A DNA stretch of 61,278 nucleotides, filler included, from Bipalium vagum (taxonomy: Eukaryota): assembly GCA_037834085.1 (NCBI GenBank). It is 3 parts of 3 records of this genome, joined end to end, with 100 filler letters (N's around TTAATTAATTAA, not from the genome) between each part and the next. Parts side by side here need not be neighbours in the genome. Positions count along the whole stretch, not along the records: positions 1 to 16,274 come from JBBMKC010118977.1; 2 more parts are not named here. One strand, 5' to 3'. The translations under genes were made by a program, and so were the position numbers. Shown here in pieces: positions 1 to 15,239 of this stretch. Numbering within the stretch: position 1 is the first letter of the stretch; every line of letters starts with the position of its first letter. The notes below the pieces were generated by a model. That model was given only the letters and a program-made list of their open reading frames with translations. It was not told the origin of the DNA and searched no databases.

Positions 1-1013
1 CTGTTATTATAATCTACAAAGAGTTAATATATAATTGGATTTGAATAATCGACTCACTTAAAAATAAATTGATCGCACAAAAATGATTATTTTGAGTATT
101 TTATTGTTTTCTATAGGTGTTCCTAAACTTTCCGCGGGTATTGTATAATTAACTTAAGCATTTACACCAATTTTTAAAAATATTTAATTTATTAAAATTT
201 GTAAACTGTTATTCTGATTTTTTAGAGAATTTATTTCCGAGAGCTAGTTACATCTTTTTAAGACAAATGCGTCACTTTTGTTAAAGGGTATTAAAATTGA
301 GCAGTTAAGTTAAATTACTGAAATAAAAAAATAATTCTAAATAAGGCTCAGGTATTAATATTATAATATCTTATTACTCGAAATAAAAACCATTCGATTG
401 TAAAGATTTTTCCCAACGAGACATTTTTTTATTCTCATCTAATGAAAGTATGTAGTTATGGAGGCCAAAAAGACGCTAAAGCAATTTTATAATCGGGCTC
501 TGCAGTTTTCTCAGAACGGTAGTTTGTAGTTGAAACGAAGATGGCCGAAGAGTATTTCATATTTAAATTCTTTAAATTTTAAAACATCATTTAAAAGACC
601 TGTGGTCTTTAGTTATTGTAGAGAAAGATTGATTGATGCACGACCTAGCGTTCATTTATGGTTCTCTTGCATAATCTTGTTTTAGGTGATTATAAGGGAT
701 GAATATTTCGTAAAAGTAAAACGAATAAATGAACTGGCTAATTCCATACATCCTAAAATCAAATGATTTCATTAAAGACAGATTCCAATCGGTTATATTT
801 TGATTACCCTGATTTTTTAATGATTTTATAAATATATTTACTTTTTTGGCTTTTTATTTTTTAATTTTGTCTTAAGTCTGTAAAAATTAGTCAAAGGAAT
901 TCAAATCTCTATTCTTCCAAAAAAATAAAATAACAAAACCATCAAAATATTTCTGAATAAGTGGTACGTTTCTCATTTGAGTGAATGGGTAAAATAAAAG
1001 GAGAGAGATTTAC

Positions 1014-1295
1014 CTGATTGGAATCTAAGCTCCAAAATTCTAATTCTTCTTCAAACAGAGGTCCACATACATCTGTGGGATAATGCAACTTTCCTGTTCT
1101 GTAATAATTGAGGATTTGAGCAAATACACCTGGATGTCTATCAAAGAAATATTCATTTAATACAGGGTCGTAGTTGGCAAGAGCTTCTGTCAGCCGAGAT
1201 AATCGGGTAGCGGGAATTTTTTTCAATGTGGCTTTATATGTTTCATGGCGAATACCTCCAACATTCAATATTACACGATTATCGATGTCACACAT
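1014..1295 (-). CDS. Shaw: Shaw/Kv3-family voltage-gated K+ channel, first coding exon (T1/BTB tetramerisation domain); remaining exons lie outside the window
   Basis: [83 protein letters not shown] is the Shaw T1 signature. ATG at 1295; donor CAG|GTAAAT at 1014/1013. Confidence 0.95.
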
Positions 1296-3422
1296 CAAAG
1301 TTTATCTAAATTAATATTTCTTTTATTATTTTAAAAATAATTCAAATGTTTAAAATATGAAAAATAATTTTTAATTTATAAATATTAATAATATTACAAA
1401 AAATATCGCCATTACAAAATTTAGGAATTATTATTTTTTCAATATGTAATTAATTATTAAAAAAGCATATGTTACTAAATGTTTTTTAAGCGCATTACCA
1501 GAATATATTATAGCAATAAAATAGAATAAACATTAAAATATAAAATAAAATTTGTATTATGTAATATTATCAATAATTGATAATAATAATAATATTATTA
1601 TTATTTTAAGTATTATTATTATTATTGGCCAATTTTATCATAGAAGGTACAGTATTTAATTCAACAAAACAACTTTCTTATGTAGAGTGACGCTGATGAT
1701 GATTAATTTACATTTTGTCGAGCATAAAACAATTACAATTTAAGTGAGGCAATAACAAAAAATATTTTATATATTTTTCTTTTTCTATTATAAATTGCAA
1801 GCCTTTAAAGTTTTTTGGTTGATTACTTTTCATTTCTTCATTCTAGTTTAAGTCTTCTATATTAAATTGTTGATACTAGAATTTGAAATCAATCAACACT
1901 TTTGCAATAAATTTATGCGTTTGAATTAATGATTTTAAGTTTATAAAAAGTTAGAATTCTCTTAAAAATCTATATTTTTGATCAATTCATTTTATTCGCT
2001 TTCTAAAAATGTTTGTTTAAACAAATGACATTTTAAAATCAGCACAAGCGAACAGTAAATATGTATTAATATTTTGAATTTTTCAATTATGATCAACTTT
2101 GTAATTTTTTTAAATAAATACCATGGTGATTGCACGTCAATTAATAAATCATAATATCAAAATATATAATAAAAATGAAACTAAGAAATGCCCAGAATAA
2201 AAAGTTAGATTGGATATATTAACAGTCAAAGTAAATAATTCTTTAATAATAAAGGAAAAAATTAAAATAAAATTCCGGGAATTTTTAAATATGAATAAGA
2301 AAAAGCAATTAAAATTGATTTTTTTGACTATAATACTTGAATATATATATTTTTGGTTTGTTTTAAGCGGCTTAATATTGATTCAAAATAGAATATTTTT
2401 ATTACTATTTTATATTCTATTATTAAAAGAAGATTTTCGAGTTTATTATGATCGGCAGTCAAATAATAAATCAGGAATAATTCAAGAAAAGTACTTAACT
2501 AAATTACCACTGAAAAAGACATAAAATAATAAAGTTTAATTTATTTAATATTTAAGTTATTATTTATTTAAACAGTGTTTAAAATATAGAGCATGAATAT
2601 GAATTAATTTTCTCTAAAATAAAACAAAATTATTAACATTTTAATATTATTAGTAGTAGGATAATGTTTGTGGAGATAAAAGTTTAAGTAATGTTTAAAA
2701 AAAATTATAAATATTTAAGATTGAACATTTTAAGGTAATATATTAAAATTTAATCCTTAATGTAAAATAAATCTTTTAAATAATTTTAAATTTTTTTAAA
2801 AAGAAAATAATTAAATTAATCTTAATAAAAATTTAAATAAATAATTTCTTCAAAAAAAATCAAAAAGAAAAAAACCAAATTATTTGCATAAAATAAATAT
2901 TATAAATCAATCATGACTTAAGAATTCCGAAAGTGCAGATAACATGGCAGTAACTAACAGTATTTTTAATAGTAGTGTGTAATTTTGACATTAAGCAGTT
3001 GAAATTAAATTAAATTAATCACATTATAATTAAATAAAATATTAAACTTAACTCAATTTTTAAGAATGTAAAAATAATCTTGTTTACATCCAATTATTAA
3101 TATTTTAAAAGCACTCTTAGTTATATCATTTCTTTTTGCTTTCTTGATTATTAATAATTAAAATTCTGTTCAAATTTTGAATTCATTAACAGTCGAAGGT
3201 CATAAAAATTATTTTTAACACATGATGAGAAGCAAACTATAAAGGTATAATTTTTATATTATACGTGCATTGAGTGATGCATAAGTACTGTCCGTTTTCA
3301 ATAAAATAAAAAATAATACATATATTTGAATAAGAAACATAATTAATTAATTATATAAAAAAAACAAAAACAGTGATTTATTTCAAATCAAAGATATGGT
3401 TGTCATTCACACGGTGAAGTTT

Positions 3423-3887
3423 TTAAATGTTTGTCTCTGCTCTGGCTATGCATTTTTTCCAGATATTATGGGTATTAACGATTGTCCTAGCTACACATTT
3501 TTCCATAATTGAATTAATTTCTGCTATTTTAAATCCAAATGCACCGAGTGTTTGGTAGTTTGATGGGATCCACGAACCCCCGGCTAGGATTATAAATGTT
3601 CTGATATCATAGTTCCATGTTCTTCCGAGCTTGTATTGAGCTTCGTCCAACAAAGTCTGATATTTTTGCTTGTTTGCATCGTCATTGCACTTGATAGAAA
3701 TCTCTGATTCAAAGAGGACTTTGACGTCTATAATTAGGTATCTTTTAAGCCTCTTATTCACTAATTGTATATCAGGATTTAAGTTTTTTTCTGAAAAAAT
3801 TCCTTTCTTTTCAACGTGCATTTCCCATTACTTTTTAAGTGTGGACAACAAATCAAATAAAATATCGCGTACATCATTGTGCGCTAT
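3423..3887 (-). mobile_element. 5'-truncated non-LTR retrotransposon of the restriction-like endonuclease (R2/R5/NeSL-like) group, endonuclease domain only
   Basis: AHNDVRDIL (RHN-like motif), a stop, then PD..D motif (NPDIQL..IIDVKV), K..KY (NKQKY), GSW..N (AGGSWIPSN) and a terminal HNIW. Confidence 0.8.
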
Positions 3888-5989
3888 TTAATGAAAATGT
3901 TAAAAAAATTTTTGGAGGTTATTGTTTAGTTTCTCTTATGTTTAGTTTCTCTTTTAGTTATTATTCATAATGAATAACTCCTTGTCGCTTTTTTTACTAT
4001 TAGATTAAAGTAATATAGTATACAAATAACGCATTGTATGATTAAATTTTTTATCTTTTACTAAACCTTTTCCTATTCTCCATTCCCAAAACTTTTCGTC
4101 TACCCCTCGTATATCAAAGTAATTAAAATTGGTACAAAATAATGGAAGCATTCAGGAAACTTTGTAATCACAGATCATGAAATTTTAATTTTTATTTATT
4201 TATTTTTGATTTATTAAATAATTTATTTTTATCTTACATAGCAGTTCGTAAACAGTCTTAAAACTGGAGAAAAATAAATAAATAATCTTCAATTATTTCT
4301 TATCAAGAAGATTATCATAGAGAAAGATAAAAAGGTTGAATAGAAATTATCATTCGAAATGTATATGTATGTTATCATTTATAATAATAATAATTCTTAA
4401 TAAAAAGCTTGGTGTAATTCGAACCAAAACCTGACTAGATAAATACAGCTAAAAATAAAAATGATTCTAGTTTTGTGACAATTTCCAGAAATCACTAATG
4501 ACCCGTTACCTCCGCATTTATTTCTCCATATTTATTTTACATTTTCTATGAATATTTTAAATTAGAAAAATAATTAAATTGTTTTACTGATATTATAATT
4601 GAAATACTTCAAGTTCTTAATCTCGGATTACCAAGAATAAAAAAAATTATAAAAAATTTTTATTATGCAATTTGATAATTTTTATGCGATTTATTATTCT
4701 TATTTTCCGTTTACTTAATATATTTCATCTGGGAAAAATGCTCATAAAAATAATTTTCTCATTATTTTTCGTCTCCATACATGTACACGTTTTGTTGGTT
4801 AAAATTGATAATTGAATCAAAAGTTGAATTAAAGAATAAATAACGAAATTGAGTCAATTTAATCACAAAATTGTAAAAGAAAATATAAATACATTTCCCA
4901 TAAATTCGAAAATTAAAACAAATTTTATATTCAATAATAATTGCGTAGAGCGTGGAAATTTTTCCTTATTTTTTCAAACAAGGGCAACTAATGAATTATC
5001 CTATATAAATTTAAGTATATTTCGTAACTCTGGAAATGTTTTTACCCATGCATTACTTCCTCGTAATTGATGAGTAAACATTAATATTTAAAAAGATTCT
5101 TGAAAAAAAATATTAATTTAACTCAATTTTTCCCCATTTAATGATATTTTCAGATGCCTGTTTTGTAATTTTCTTCATCCTAATTCCATCTTGCAGGGTC
5201 TTCATTTATCCCAGTAATAATGAAATGAAAATTTTCAATTATGATCTTAAGTCGAAATAATGAAGGAATCACTATTTTTCTTCCAATAAAATAAAACGGG
5301 ATATATTATATTGAAATTGAACCGACAGATTTAAGTCTGCGATATAAATGAATCGAATAATAAGATTAGGTTATGTGAAGTTAATTTTCATTTTGTTCAA
5401 AATTATGTTTTCCATATATATTTCTTCTAATTTTAATATTTATTTGAAACTTTCAATCATTAGCGAATTAATAAAATTAATAATTAATAATTTCATTGGA
5501 TGAAAAATATTTTAATCGATGTATAATGATTATTAACATGAAGACCTTTAATATTCATGATTTTATGTTCTTTCACGAAAAAATCGAATTATTCAAACAC
5601 ATCATACTTAAAATTCATTAATTTTATTGATTAAATTTCTTAAAGTTATTTTATTATTAAATTTATTCATTAAATTTTACATTTTTAAACTTATAATCTT
5701 AAAATTAAAAATTTTCTCACGTTATCCTAACATTTTCAATTAAATCAATATTATATTAACAGCTCCATTTTTAACATTTTAAGAGCCTTTTAATTTTTAT
5801 AATAAAATATACGACTTGAAAAAGATAATTACGTTCATAAATCAGATATTGAAGATTAATTCTATCATTTGGTAATTAATTAATTTAATTTTTAAATTAA
5901 AAAAATGTAAGTTGTGCTGATCATTATCTGAATCAATTTTTAAGTATGATCCATTTATGGCATATAAAATGCTACAGTGTTTTTAATTT

Positions 5990-6760
5990 TGTATTTTGGA
6001 TAACAAAATTTGTGATCTGAAAACCGCGATTTGCAGAAAATTTTATTTCATGTGAGAACATTGATATTGATATAGAATAAAGGGTTTAACAGGAAACTTT
6101 GATGTGAATGATGAAGGACATGAAAATAAATTAAACATATTTCAGTGCGATAAACTGAAATTTTTATTGAAGGAACCAATGCGAAATCTGTGAAACAATT
6201 GGCTACTTCACTAAATGTATCTCAACGAAATTTAATTTTCTCAGAATTTAATTATTAATAATTCAGAAGTATAAAAAAGTTTATTTTTGAATTGACTGAA
6301 AAAAAAAACAAAACACCAGAAAAATCAGTTGTCATATTTTGATTGAAAAAAATAAAAGAAAGTCCTTCTGGTATCTTATAGTCACCTGAGATAAATATTG
6401 AATTTATTTTGACCGTTTTTTTAATATTGCTTACAAGTATTCAGTAATATGGACCATTGATATTTGCGAAATAATTATTGGTAATCACGATGAACACAAG
6501 ATAATACTGCTAAGTTGTGAATTCAAAACAAAGGCTTGGGAAATTTCTCAACTTCTTGACCAAAAATTGCAAAACCTTTCAAAAAGATGAAAAACTGTTT
6601 TGGAGCATGTTACTTTATCCACCTTACCCACTACACATTAGACCGTCGAATTGTCACTTGTTTAGGTGGATGAAAGTACAAAGCTTCAAGAATTATGAAG
6701 ACACCAAGAACCGTTAAGCTGCCTGGACCCCAAATCAATTTTTTATGAAGAAAATATTAA
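5990..6760 (+). mobile_element. Decayed mariner transposase
   Basis: IVT*DKY-IYF (IVTGDEKW-like) near 6378 and YPPYPLHIRPSNCHLF (HPPYSPDLAPSDYHLF-like) at about 6615-6665; many stops and frameshifts; bounds approximate. Confidence 0.65.
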
Positions 6761-8139
6761 TAATAATGATTTTAAATGAAATGATAATAATTAATTTTTT
6801 AAAATGTAATACCACAAAAAATTCAATAAGACTGCAAATTTCTGGCAGTAAAAATTATTTATTAGAAATTAATATTTGTCTACAGAATGACCACCAGCTT
6901 TAATACACTTATCTAAGCGATTATAAGTCATTAATAAAATTTTCACACATTTCTGGTGATATTTTAGTTGATTTTCTTCTTTGATTCTTCACAAACCTGG
7001 CTTATGTCACATATTTGTTTTATGTTCAATTGATTGTCTTCCAAATTTCTAAAGATCATAGCATTCCCAGTCTTTGAGTTTTGCAAATATCTTTCTCATT
7101 GTCCTCGATGTAACTTTTTCCATTTTAAGTGACCTAAATTCCTTTTTACTAGTGTGGCTAATTCAATCGTAGCTATCAGTAAAACAATTTGTGCTCTTTC
7201 TTCAATGGAGAACATTATTAAAGTTTGAATTTACCGCAGTTAAATTCGATAAAATTATCTTATTAAAACAATTAAACATTTACAATAGATTAAGGAAATT
7301 CTATTTCATTGAAAAACGTAAATTGAATCGGATCCTTACTTTATACACACCATAAAGTAATAATGCTAATATAAAAAGATATAAAATAGCCAATCAAATA
7401 TATCTCGATCAACCTAGCTGGAATTAATTGCAAACATTTTCGGAAATATTTTTAATGGAATCGAAAAAAAATATAAATGATTATATCAATTTTTTTCCTT
7501 CTTAAATAAGTTGTGTTGACAAACAAATTTCCTCTTTTGAGATCATGTACATCTTGCAATCAGCCAGTACTGCGAACATAGAGACAATAATTTGTTTAAA
7601 TGGAATAGCAATTTAAAAATTATTTCCACACATTTTCAATTAAAACTAATTACTATTTTCTATTAGGTCTCATAAATTTTCACTTTCAGACGTGTTCTCA
7701 CAGATAAATGTATCGTTAATTCTACTTAATCTCAATACAGAAAAAATCACAACCTATGAAATTAGAAAATTTTTAGCAAAAAGAAAAATGAAGTGAAAAT
7801 AAAGTAAAACGAAAATTAAATTGAAAAGTTGACATTGAAATGTTCACAAATCAATTGAAACATATCAAACATATCTGTTTAACTTTGCTGAAGATCGCAA
7901 CAAAAACAGAAATATTTATTTGTGACATGTTGAAAAAAAAAACTTAACAACACTAAAAGCTTCATTAAAACAAAGAGACAACTTAAAACCTTTTTACGTA
8001 TTAAAAATAATTATTATACTTACTTAATATTTTTGGTAATGTCAAAACAGGAAAATTACTTTCATTTTTTAATTGATAATGACTGTGAGCAAAAATTCGA
8101 TTATATTTTTCATGTGGACAAAACACCATTAATCAAAGT

Positions 8140-8290
8140 GCTCATAATTAACTTTTCAATATAATTAATAAAAAGTTGAGAAATAGGAGGAGAGCGATGC
8201 TTACAATTAATACATGAGATAACATTTAGAACACAGCCCTGCTGCCTCAGTCCTGGAGACACCATGATATCATCATATATCCTATTAGTA
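8140..8290 (-). mobile_element. Short LINE reverse-transcriptase fragment
   Basis: GLRQQGCVL ... SQLFINYIEKLI resembles the GVRQGCxLSPxLFxxY RT motif, with a small insertion. Confidence 0.45.
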
Positions 8291-9800
8291 CGATGGAAAT
8301 ATCCAATTGGAATATTCCAAATAAATTCTCTTTCTACATTATAATGGTCTTGTATTCCTAACATTATTGATAAGATTCATCTATCATACTCATGGAAACT
8401 AGGCCATTGGTAGTTTCAGTATTATTAATATTATTATTAATTATTATTATTAATTTTACAATTAATATCATTTGTATTGTTTCTATTATCTTTCTTATTT
8501 TATTATTGTTTTAATCATCATTATTGTTTCCCTATTATTACTGCAAAAAATTATTCTTTTTAAAAGGAACAATTTGCGCACATTTTTTATTTTTATATTT
8601 GTATGAAAGTGAATTTGGTAAAATTAAAAAATATTTTCAAATGTGATAATATTTTTTATTTAATCTGTATTTTTTGTTCCTATTTTTCGTTATATATTTT
8701 CCAATTTTAAATTAAAATCGTACAGCGATATGTGGCAGATGTTATTCTTAATTTTTAGTATTTCATAAAATGTTTCACGATGAGCTTAAAGCATAAAAAT
8801 AACATAATTTGACTTGACTTTCTTTTTGTGTATGTTTTAGATTGTGCAGTATCAACCGGGAACAAAAGTTTTCATACAAAATCCTCATGAATTTGTATAC
8901 ATTGTTTGAAAATCTTATTAAATAATACTGGGTGCAGCAACCGTATTTTCATCACAAATAAAACGTCATTCGTCTAATCATTCATTGTATAAAGAAATAC
9001 GCCCACATTTGAATTCGCTTAATCAAAAATGAACTGGAGTTGTTGTCCTATCACCGATGTCAATTTTAAACGACTTGGGCATTATTGCTGACTCAATCAA
9101 CATCGAAAATCATAGAATATAATTAATTATCCATGTTCCTTTGTTCAGTTCGATTCTGTATGACATGTCACCTTTAAATGGAAATAATTATTTCAATCAA
9201 TAATTTATTTTCTGAAATATTTTTCCAACAGTAGAATACTTTTATTTTTATTTTTATAACTAAAAAATAACTTAAATATTTGTATAAATATTCAGAGAAG
9301 CGAGGAAATGTTTAAATCTACATATTTCAGTTAAATTTATTAAAAGAGGAGCAAGTTACTTTCCAGCCACCACGTTTGCCCCTATCAGAAAAGCTATGAT
9401 TAATAAACATATGCCTTTTTGTATATTTTTAGATTATTCTAGTACGTACAATACAACAATACAAATCACCACCCACATATATCAACATGTACCTGTTGTA
9501 CTACATAAAATTGAATGTTTCTATAATTTATAATAAAATAGTAATATAAATACAAGAGTTGTAAAATACAGCTCAGAAACTAAGAGCATCATCTTTATTG
9601 CTTGAAATATTAAACAATTGAAAACAAAGTGGTCTACCTTAAAATCAAAGCTATAGTACTGAAGAGTTATTCTTCTCAAATGAGAGTGGTTTTACAGAAT
9701 TTCTAAGTATAGTAAAAATTGTTTAAATGAAAAATAATAAAATAAAATAATATAAATATTGTGTGTATGTAATTTAAAATATGATTATTAATTTATTTTA

Positions 9801-10770
9801 CAGAGTGTATTATGCAGAGTGTCAATTAAGTCGCTTTACAGCTTTAAAGTGTAATAAATCTTTGAATATCTAGTTTTATTTAGCTGAACTATTGCTACGT
9901 GTACGTTGACATGTAATATTTAAAATTATAATATTATCAATCGATTGTCGGACAGTGACAGGCTTAGCGTTGAAAAGCGAGTGAAAATCGTTTAATTGAG
10001 ATATACATTTACCTTACCAATAAAAATTCTGTTAGGTGTACCACTATGACTCCGGCTTTTTTAATAAGAAAACAAAGACATTTATTACAAATTTTATTTA
10101 AAAACATTTTTGAAAATATGTTCCATTGGAAGCTACAACCTTTGCCCACCTTTCAGATAACGAATGAATTCCATGAAAGAAAGAATCTGACTCTTTTGAT
10201 GAAATCCAGCAGTCAATCCAATTTTGGAAGTCTTCAAGGTAACTGAACCGCTCTCCGGAAAATGCTGATTGCAAACAGCGGAACAAATGGTAATCCGAAG
10301 GAGCGATGTCTGGTGAATAGGGTGGGTGAGGTAAGACTTCCCACCTTATACCTTCTAAATAATTATTTACAACTGAATTAATGTTATGGTTGGGTATATA
10401 TTTATGCTGGTGGCTTGATTGGATTCTATTTCTTCCAGAAAATGTCACATGCAAAGATTACTTGAATATATTGAAAAACTATTTTTGGCCTAATTTTAAT
10501 CAATTGCCTTTAGGCTTCTCTATACTTTTATGCAAGATGATATTCCATGCCTTTAGCAGTTCAAGAATGACTATGGAAAATTTTCTAGGAAAATGGATTG
10601 GCACAAGAGGAGCTATTGATTGGTCACCAAAGTCACAGGACCTTACCCATAAGGACGTTTTTGTATGGGGCAAATTAGGCAGATAGTTTTCTCACAACCA
10701 ATACTTCCACTACAGGATTTCAAAGAAAGAATCATTGATGCATTTACTAAAATACCAATTGAATTTTAGT
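9801..10770 (+). mobile_element. Decayed Tc1/mariner-superfamily element (rosa/DD41D-like), interrupted by a mariner fragment
   Basis: TA-CAGAGTGT terminus at 9799; FLPENVTCKDYLNIL and GKWIGTRGAIDWSPKSQDLTHKDVFVWG match the WPPRSPDLTPxDFFLWG type. Confidence 0.65.
10032..10375 (-). mobile_element. Mariner transposase C-terminus with one TIR
   Basis: WEVLPHPPYSPDIAPSDYHLF...IHSLSERWAKVVASNGTYF; TTAGGTGTAC TIR-like end at 10032. Confidence 0.9.
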
Positions 10771-13700
10771 ATGGTTTTTGTAAATAATTATAAATAGTTC
10801 AAAATTGATTTTTTAAAAATCTATTAAAATGATTATTTTTTTCACATTTACCATTTTTTTATAAAAAATTATTTTATTTTATATTTTTATTAAATATTTT
10901 TATTTATAGAGTTTTTGGAATAAGTATTAAAACTAGTATTAGCTGAGATTACTTAAATCTAAATTTTTATTTTATTTTATATATTATTTTAGTAAAATAT
11001 TGATTAGAAAAGGTTATATTTTATGACTGATGAAGTTTAGACAAAAATATTCTAAATTTATGTCAAAAACTTTGTTTTTAAAATATTTTAAAAATCTTTT
11101 TATATTTTTAATAAAGCAGTCCGTGTATTTATAATTAAGTAATTGAAAAATAATTTTTATAATTTTAAGATCATGAAATATTAATAATTGCTATTAATAT
11201 TCTCATGTTAGAAATCCTGTTTTCCCAAGTAAATATTATGAATTCCAAACCCGTTCATATTAACGTTGATAATATTAAATCTGAAATGTTGAGAGATTTT
11301 TATTAACCCAATTTAAAAAAAAGTTTAATGAAATATTGAAAAATTATAAATTAAATAAAATTATTGAAAAACTATTTTAATCCAAATATAAGGTCAAAGT
11401 CATTTATTATTAATTTTAATCACATTAAAATGATTTTATAGATGACAAAAAATAAATTTTAACAATTATAATTAATTTATAATAATATTAATTTTAACAA
11501 ATTATTATTTTATTTAATTTTAATTATTATTAAGAATGTGTTAATAAGAAAATAAAAAAACAATTATAATTAGGAAAAAGTATACTAATTAAAGATTTCT
11601 CAATGAAATAAAGCATAATTAACTTAAGTTTTTTTAGTCTTATATTTAGTGTAACAAAATGTAATGATACTGTGGAGACTCCCATGCCAAGAAAACAATG
11701 ATAAAAATATGTGTGATCCTTAATGAAATTCTTTGCACATAAAAACATAATATGTTTTTATTATTTTATTTATATTTTCTGTATAAAAGAAAGAACCCAG
11801 ATAGGATTAAAACATATTTTACTTTTCCATCTTTGAAAAAAATATAAAACATAGTATAATTAAAATAAATATATTTATAATATAAAAAGTTAAATTAAAA
11901 AGATAAAAATATAATTGTTATAATTATATTAATTATAAAATATTAATTTTTCATGACTAACTATAAAATATTAAAACAATATCATTAAGTTAATAATTAT
12001 AAAAGAAACATTAGGGATCCAATTTAATTGTGAGCCATTTATATTTCAAAATTAAAACTTTTTAATTAATAAAATCAATTTAAATCTATTTGAAATGCTT
12101 TGTTAAAATGTATGTTATATTTGTTTGACTAATATTATTTATGTATAACATTAGTATACCAATATTTATAGCGATACCACTTTTCTTTCAATAAATGGAA
12201 ATTCTATAAATATTTGCGAATATATTAATAATAATAATATTATTTTTTAATAAGTATAATATAATTGATGTATATATAACTTTTTCTGACTTGGAAACGA
12301 TTTTATACATTACATAATCTTTTACTATTTTAATAATATTATTAAAATAATTATCTAATTATAATTTTATAATTCATTACCATTTTTTAAATGACAAGCC
12401 TATTTGTGAAAGTCAGTTATTAATATATAATATAAAATTAAATATATCAAAAGTAAATATTATGCTCAAAAATCGTCTATATACAATATAGGAAATAATC
12501 CGCATTATTCAACAAGGAGAATGGACTGGGAGAAACTGATAGATGCCAAGGAAATTGAAGCTACACTTGTTTTAGTGTACTATTAAAAGTGATACTCGAA
12601 TTGTTGAATTGTTATCTAATTACATTAATAAGAAGAAATAGAATAAAATGCTAAGAAATATTCCATTGAAAAATGAAGATAGTCTCACCATTTCAGCTCA
12701 GTGAACATTCGTGAGTAATTTGTCAGCCTCCTTGACAAAACATATTGTAATAAACTTGGATGATTCCCAGTTAAGTAGTATATTATTTATAATATATTAT
12801 TTGTTCTTGACATTGTGAAAATATATAATTTATATAAATATAAATCTTTTTCTTAAGTTTAAAGTAAAACCGACTTCTTATAGTGTTTATATTACCTTTG
12901 AAATGATCATGTAAAGCTCCTGTGACAGTTCAATAAAAATTCAATAAAATCAAATTTTACGGTGCATATAAATAAAAGTGTAATAAAAATGTTAATATAA
13001 AAATGTCATTTTAAAAACTAAATCTTGTGCAATTGATTCGGAGCCATTCCTGAAAATTTTATTGGCAATTATATTGTATAATTCTATTATGAGGCCAGAA
13101 AAGCTTTATCCACCTCTGAGATCTCAGCAATGATATAATAGTAAAATCTCTATGCTTAACATAAAAATAAATATCTTTTCCTTTTGCTCCCACTTTATCT
13201 CGGTATCAACCGTATAAGCGGATCTAAAAATCTTGATAATTTTATAAAATATATTAAATTTATTAAATTTAATGACAAAAATATTTCCATTTTTTGCAAC
13301 TCGATAGTATTTTCCTACACTTAGGAAACCATGTCTTTCCAACAGATTTCTTGGCTCATTTGATTTTAGTATATCCAATATTTGGCTACAAGACGAAATA
13401 GTAATAAATTCATTTTCAGAATCCAAAATCTGTGTGGTAAAAGATAGCCCAGTTATTATAATGGGTCATGAGGAAACATAATTTATTGAGGCACGTCGAT
13501 GATTAAAATATTTTCGTTTAAAAATAAAATAAACAATTAAAAATAGTAATCAGAAATACTGAGAAAACTGAAATATTCACTGTCTTTTGGATAAAATTAT
13601 TTCTCGAATATTTTCAACTTCGTAAAATGTTATATATACATGTTGTAAGGCTAAGAAGTACTTAGACTTTACCAGAAATAATTAAGTCAACTCAACAAAT

Positions 13701-15239
13701 GTTTTTAATAATACGTATACATTTATAGGGCTTATTTCTTGACATTACAGCCGTTTTCGTTAACACACCTTTTCACTGGTCGACCATTCTATTAAACTAT
13801 TTCAGAAAAATTTTGATCCTTCTCCATGAGGAATTTCATCACACTATCCTTCATATGATCCCTTCACACAAATTTCTGTCTTCGCATGTTTCTTCTGATG
13901 ATTAAATAGCCAGAAAGCATTGACGCAAAAAATCTGGACTATATGGAAGATGATCCAGCTGCACAAACCTAGATTTTATTAACTTGTCTTGTGTTTTGTT
14001 GTAAGTGTGAACCGAAGCGTTATCGAGGAGAATAAAACCCTGATTGGTGAATGGTTTCAAGTTATAAATGGTCATCTGATATTGGGATTTTTTTACCTTT
14101 AAAAAGCTATCAAGAAATTTTCAAGTTCAAGAGAGTAATGAGCAATATCTGCATCCTGTTGAAAAATTAATTTTGATTTTGTTCTCAGATAAATTATGTA
14201 CTCTTTTAAAACTGTACGAAATTTCTTAAGCAGACTTTCGTACAGATGTCATAGAACGTTCTTCATAAATCTGAGAAATGCTGTCAATTTTTTGTATCTA
14301 AATGTGATTATATTAACTTATTAAGACTTCATCAGTCCTATTTTTATATACAATAAAATTCGTTGCAAAACATTTGAAAATAACTATTTTGTGTTGTTTA
14401 TAATCTTATTCTTGCTATTGCACACATTTGTATTAAAAAAGGTTAAAATTATAAAATCTATAATAACCAAAACATTTTATCATTAATAAATTTTTATCAT
14501 TAAGGAAACGAAATATAAAAGTTCAATGAACTTTAATTCATTTTATTATCCAACAATTTAATAAAGGTTCGGCTTCATAGTGTAATACTGTAGAAAATTT
14601 ATTAGTAATAAATTTCAGGAGAAGAAATTAAACAGCAGTGGGAAATGAAAGGAGAATTTTTTATTTTTTGGTAACATGTTTCTGTTAAATTAAGATAACT
14701 CTATTTTTATATAAAATTCTGAAGAAATTATTTTTGTAAATCAATAAAATTATTTGGAGTTTTAAAGGAAAAATTTTATATTTATTCATTTTTATGAATT
14801 TTATTTATTTTTAAGCAGTAAAAGAGTGATGAAATAATTCTCAAATGTTCAGAAAGTTTATGTATCGATATATACAAAAGAAAAATTAATAAAATATTAA
14901 TAAATCGTGCCAATCACAATAATAATAAATTTCAATTTTAAAATATCTTTTTAAAAATACTGAATTTTTTAAAAAGTATTTTGTAAAAATGTTCTGGAAC
15001 TTCATATTCCTATACGGTGAAATTATTAAATTTATTATACTTAAATTTCAAATTACACATGAAGGCAATTGGATATTGATAATCTATTTATATTGTAACA
15101 AGTGATGGAAAAGTAATGAGACAAATTTGGAAAACCTGGAATTGTTGTTTAATTGAATAAGATAATTAACCAATATAATTAATCGATTATTAACAGTTAA
15201 TTCAATTAACAGTTTCTTGAAGTTTAATATATCAAAAAT

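Noticed and set aside
2210-2524. 104-aa hydrophobic ORF and similar short I/L/F/K/N-rich ORFs (11530, 30181, 33674, 43611, 48571, 50583)
   Set aside because: Expected by chance from AT-rich composition; no motifs or splice support.
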